DNA of 64,000 nucleotides from assembly GCA_977020255.1 (NCBI GenBank), contig CDROCS010000463.1:372001-436000 (forward strand), given 5' to 3'. Source of the stretch: Obrimoposthia wandeli. Its lineage: Eukaryota. The notes beneath the pieces were generated by a model. That model was not told the origin of the DNA and did no database searches. It saw only the letters and a program-made list of their open reading frames with translations. This document shows positions 61,483 through 64,000 of the stretch, one piece after another. Positions within the stretch are counted from its first letter, which is position 1. Each line of letters starts with the position of its first letter. Position numbers and translations under genes: made by a program.

Positions 61483-64000
61483 ACTTGAAATCTTAGTTAA
61501 TCATTTATACTAGCTTTTTATAGTTCAGCAAAATGAACGATTCTTCAATTGTGGCATAAGTTTCTAATTAAAACTTGACAAGACGCATTCTTTGATTCAT
61601 CTTTTTATTTTATTAATGATTTCATAATTTTATAGAAGTTTTTTATTTTATAATTTGTTTATGTTTTTAATAATATTTTAAAATGAACTCATACTAAATA
61701 TAAATAGCTATTGTTTATACCTATTTTATTTATAACATTTTCAATCATCGCAGAAAGTTGACATATTAACATAAACTATGAATAAATTTATAGGGATAAA
61801 AGTTTCATGGATAGTTTTTATACATCATTTAGATGTATAATTGACATATTTTACCTGGTATATAACAAAGATAACATTTATTTGGCTAATTCTATCAAAT
61901 CAAGTCATCCCTGACTATCTTGGTGTTGACTAGATGACAAGTCAGTACTTCAGCAAATCTTCCTTTCTTCTTCATGTTCATCCAGGCACGACTATGAGCA
62001 AGTTTTCCATATTTATGTAGTTTAACAAACTATACTCTAATCCATTGACGGTAGTGTCATATATTTCTCGGAAATAACCGATTTGTCTCAAGACCAAAAT
62101 TGGTACTCTGAACCGTATTTAAATTTTTGTATTATCTGAACCTTGTTTCAAAATATTTGTCCCAAATAGCGTAGTCGAGGAAGAACTCTGTTTAATATAT
62201 ATAAGAATTAGGTATTTTACTCATTTTTGTATATTGTAATAATTCAATTTTAAAAGTTAATTGAAATTTGTCGATCACTTGGAATGTTTAATGCACATAA
62301 ATCGTTTTAATAAATTAACAAACATTTAATTATCGTAATTGTTCATTTTAATTCTAAAATTATATTAAATGTAAAATTAATTTACCGAATTTTTATTTAA
62401 AAAATTCCGTATACCAAATTGTTACAAACATTAATAACTTTTTTTTAATTTTTAAAATATAAAAGGTTGGAATAAATAAAAATTGTATAACTTATTTGCA
62501 AACCACATAAATAATGCACAAATCATATTTACAACATTATCTTTTATATTCATACTTTTTAACCAAATTTGGAAATTACGTAATTCAGTTTAAAACAAAA
62601 TATTCAATATTTGAAACAACTTTTATAATACATTTGTCAGTAGTATGTCGTACGGAATAGTCCGAATAAGAAATATCTACGCTGTAAATAGGAAACATAT
62701 TCATTACCGGAAAAACATTTCCAATCTATCGTATATTCAGAACTTTGTATTCTTAACTTGTAACTTTATTTGGCTAATAGAGAATTAAAATGGTATTAAC
62801 ACCACAATATTTAAAGTGATAATGTCACCTGACTATTTGAAAACATATATAAAAAACTCGACTAATAATTGTTCTTCACAGTTCAATTTAATGATGAATG
62901 CTTATTTACGTCTCATACGTGACAAGGGGTTTTCCTCTTTAGCAGACTGATCATAGTCAACCATTTTTATAAAATGAATATATTTTTAAAATATTTTCAT
63001 TAATATAAATTCTTCTAGTTTTATAAAAATCATATCTGTTGTGTTTCTGTGATTTCGGACTAATTATTTATGTTCGGACACACCAGCGTTTATAAGTATA
63101 TAATTTATCAAGCATTTTTTAAAAATTTCATATATGTATAATTTTAAGATATATATATATATATATATATGTATACATTTTAGCTTTGCTTTAAAAATAA
63201 TTTATAATCTGTAGAATAAAAATTTATATGAATGAATAACATTATTTTAATCAAAGATAAACGCAAGTATTTTGAAGAAGATTTCATAGATTCTTTTTTT
63301 AATTTACTGGCCGCATCTTGTGTATGGACTCATGTGGAGGACTCACAGAGTAAATGTAGAGCGGCGTTGAAATCATAAAATCTGTTCCGTGAAATGAATG
63401 ACTTTTTGTGGTCCAAGAAAAATACAAGAAGTAATCTTATTTCTATTACATACAGTAATAATTTTAAAGTTGAATTTCTTTACTCCATCAATTGCATTTT
63501 TGGCAAGGTCACGTTCTATTGAAAGTATTGTAGGGTCAGTTAACCTTAACATGAGATATCTTTTGATCAACTTTAGTTTCAAAGAGCGCTCTTAGATCGC
63601 AACATAAATTACCCTTTTCAAAAACACACAGCAACACAACACTAAAATATATTTTCTCTTTGCGTGATGAATTTTAAAAAACCATCTTCATTTCTATTTT
63701 TGGAATGCAGCACCGCTTTGTTTTGCTTGCTTCATTCGTGAAAGAAATCAAAAAATATTTATCAATCCAAGACGGGTGCCTCATTGGTATCTTATAGATG
63801 GTGATTTTCCGGTCTACGAATAGTTACATTTTTGCTTCCAACACTAGCACACTACACTTCTTCACAATTCCAATTTGAGAAGAGACACGAGATGATAAAC
63901 ATAATACACAAGGTAGCAAGAATGGAGTTGATCGGCGAATTAAGGGTCTCCTGGATGCTATGTAAAGCTTTAACATACCATTCGACATGAAGAAATCAAT
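61483..64000 (+). repeat. Dispersed copy of the duplicated segment (matches about 39305-41100 and continues as in 33400-34010)
   Basis: Near-identical sequence including the unit junction at 62916 and the hAT remnant ORF at 63373-63582. Confidence 0.95.

Overview
AT-rich eukaryotic (animal) genomic DNA. The GAPDH sequence resembles flatworm orthologues, so the host is probably a platyhelminth (inference). There are three host genes, all on the minus strand. (1) An intronless GAPDH at 5714-6730. (2) A nine-exon striatin (STRN) gene at 16125-52105 that splices in frame to about 674 aa. (3) An intronless 205-aa coiled-coil ORF nested in a striatin intron at 29122-29739. The rest is mostly mobile DNA: Ty3/Gypsy-type LTRs (two solo LTRs with 4-bp TSDs and one 5' LTR with a tRNA-Met PBS), a decayed RLE-type non-LTR retrotransposon, pogo and hAT remnants, minisatellites, and a ~3.86-kb tandem duplication with a dispersed copy at the window end. 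The main finding is a 5.86-kb Polinton/Maverick-type element at 16840-22702 in the last striatin intron. It has AGTA...TACT ends, ~0.85-kb terminal inverted repeats and a 6-bp TSD with one mismatch. It has no recognisable polymerase, integrase, ATPase, protease or capsid gene. It carries what looks like a host-manipulation cassette: a decayed IAP, an intron-containing TBP-like gene, a pseudophosphatase-like DUSP, a D-box-like micropeptide and a core-protein-like ORF. The three plus-strand gene blocks share an upstream motif. A related, more decayed relic lies at 11381-15330. All calls were made by eye; no searches were run.
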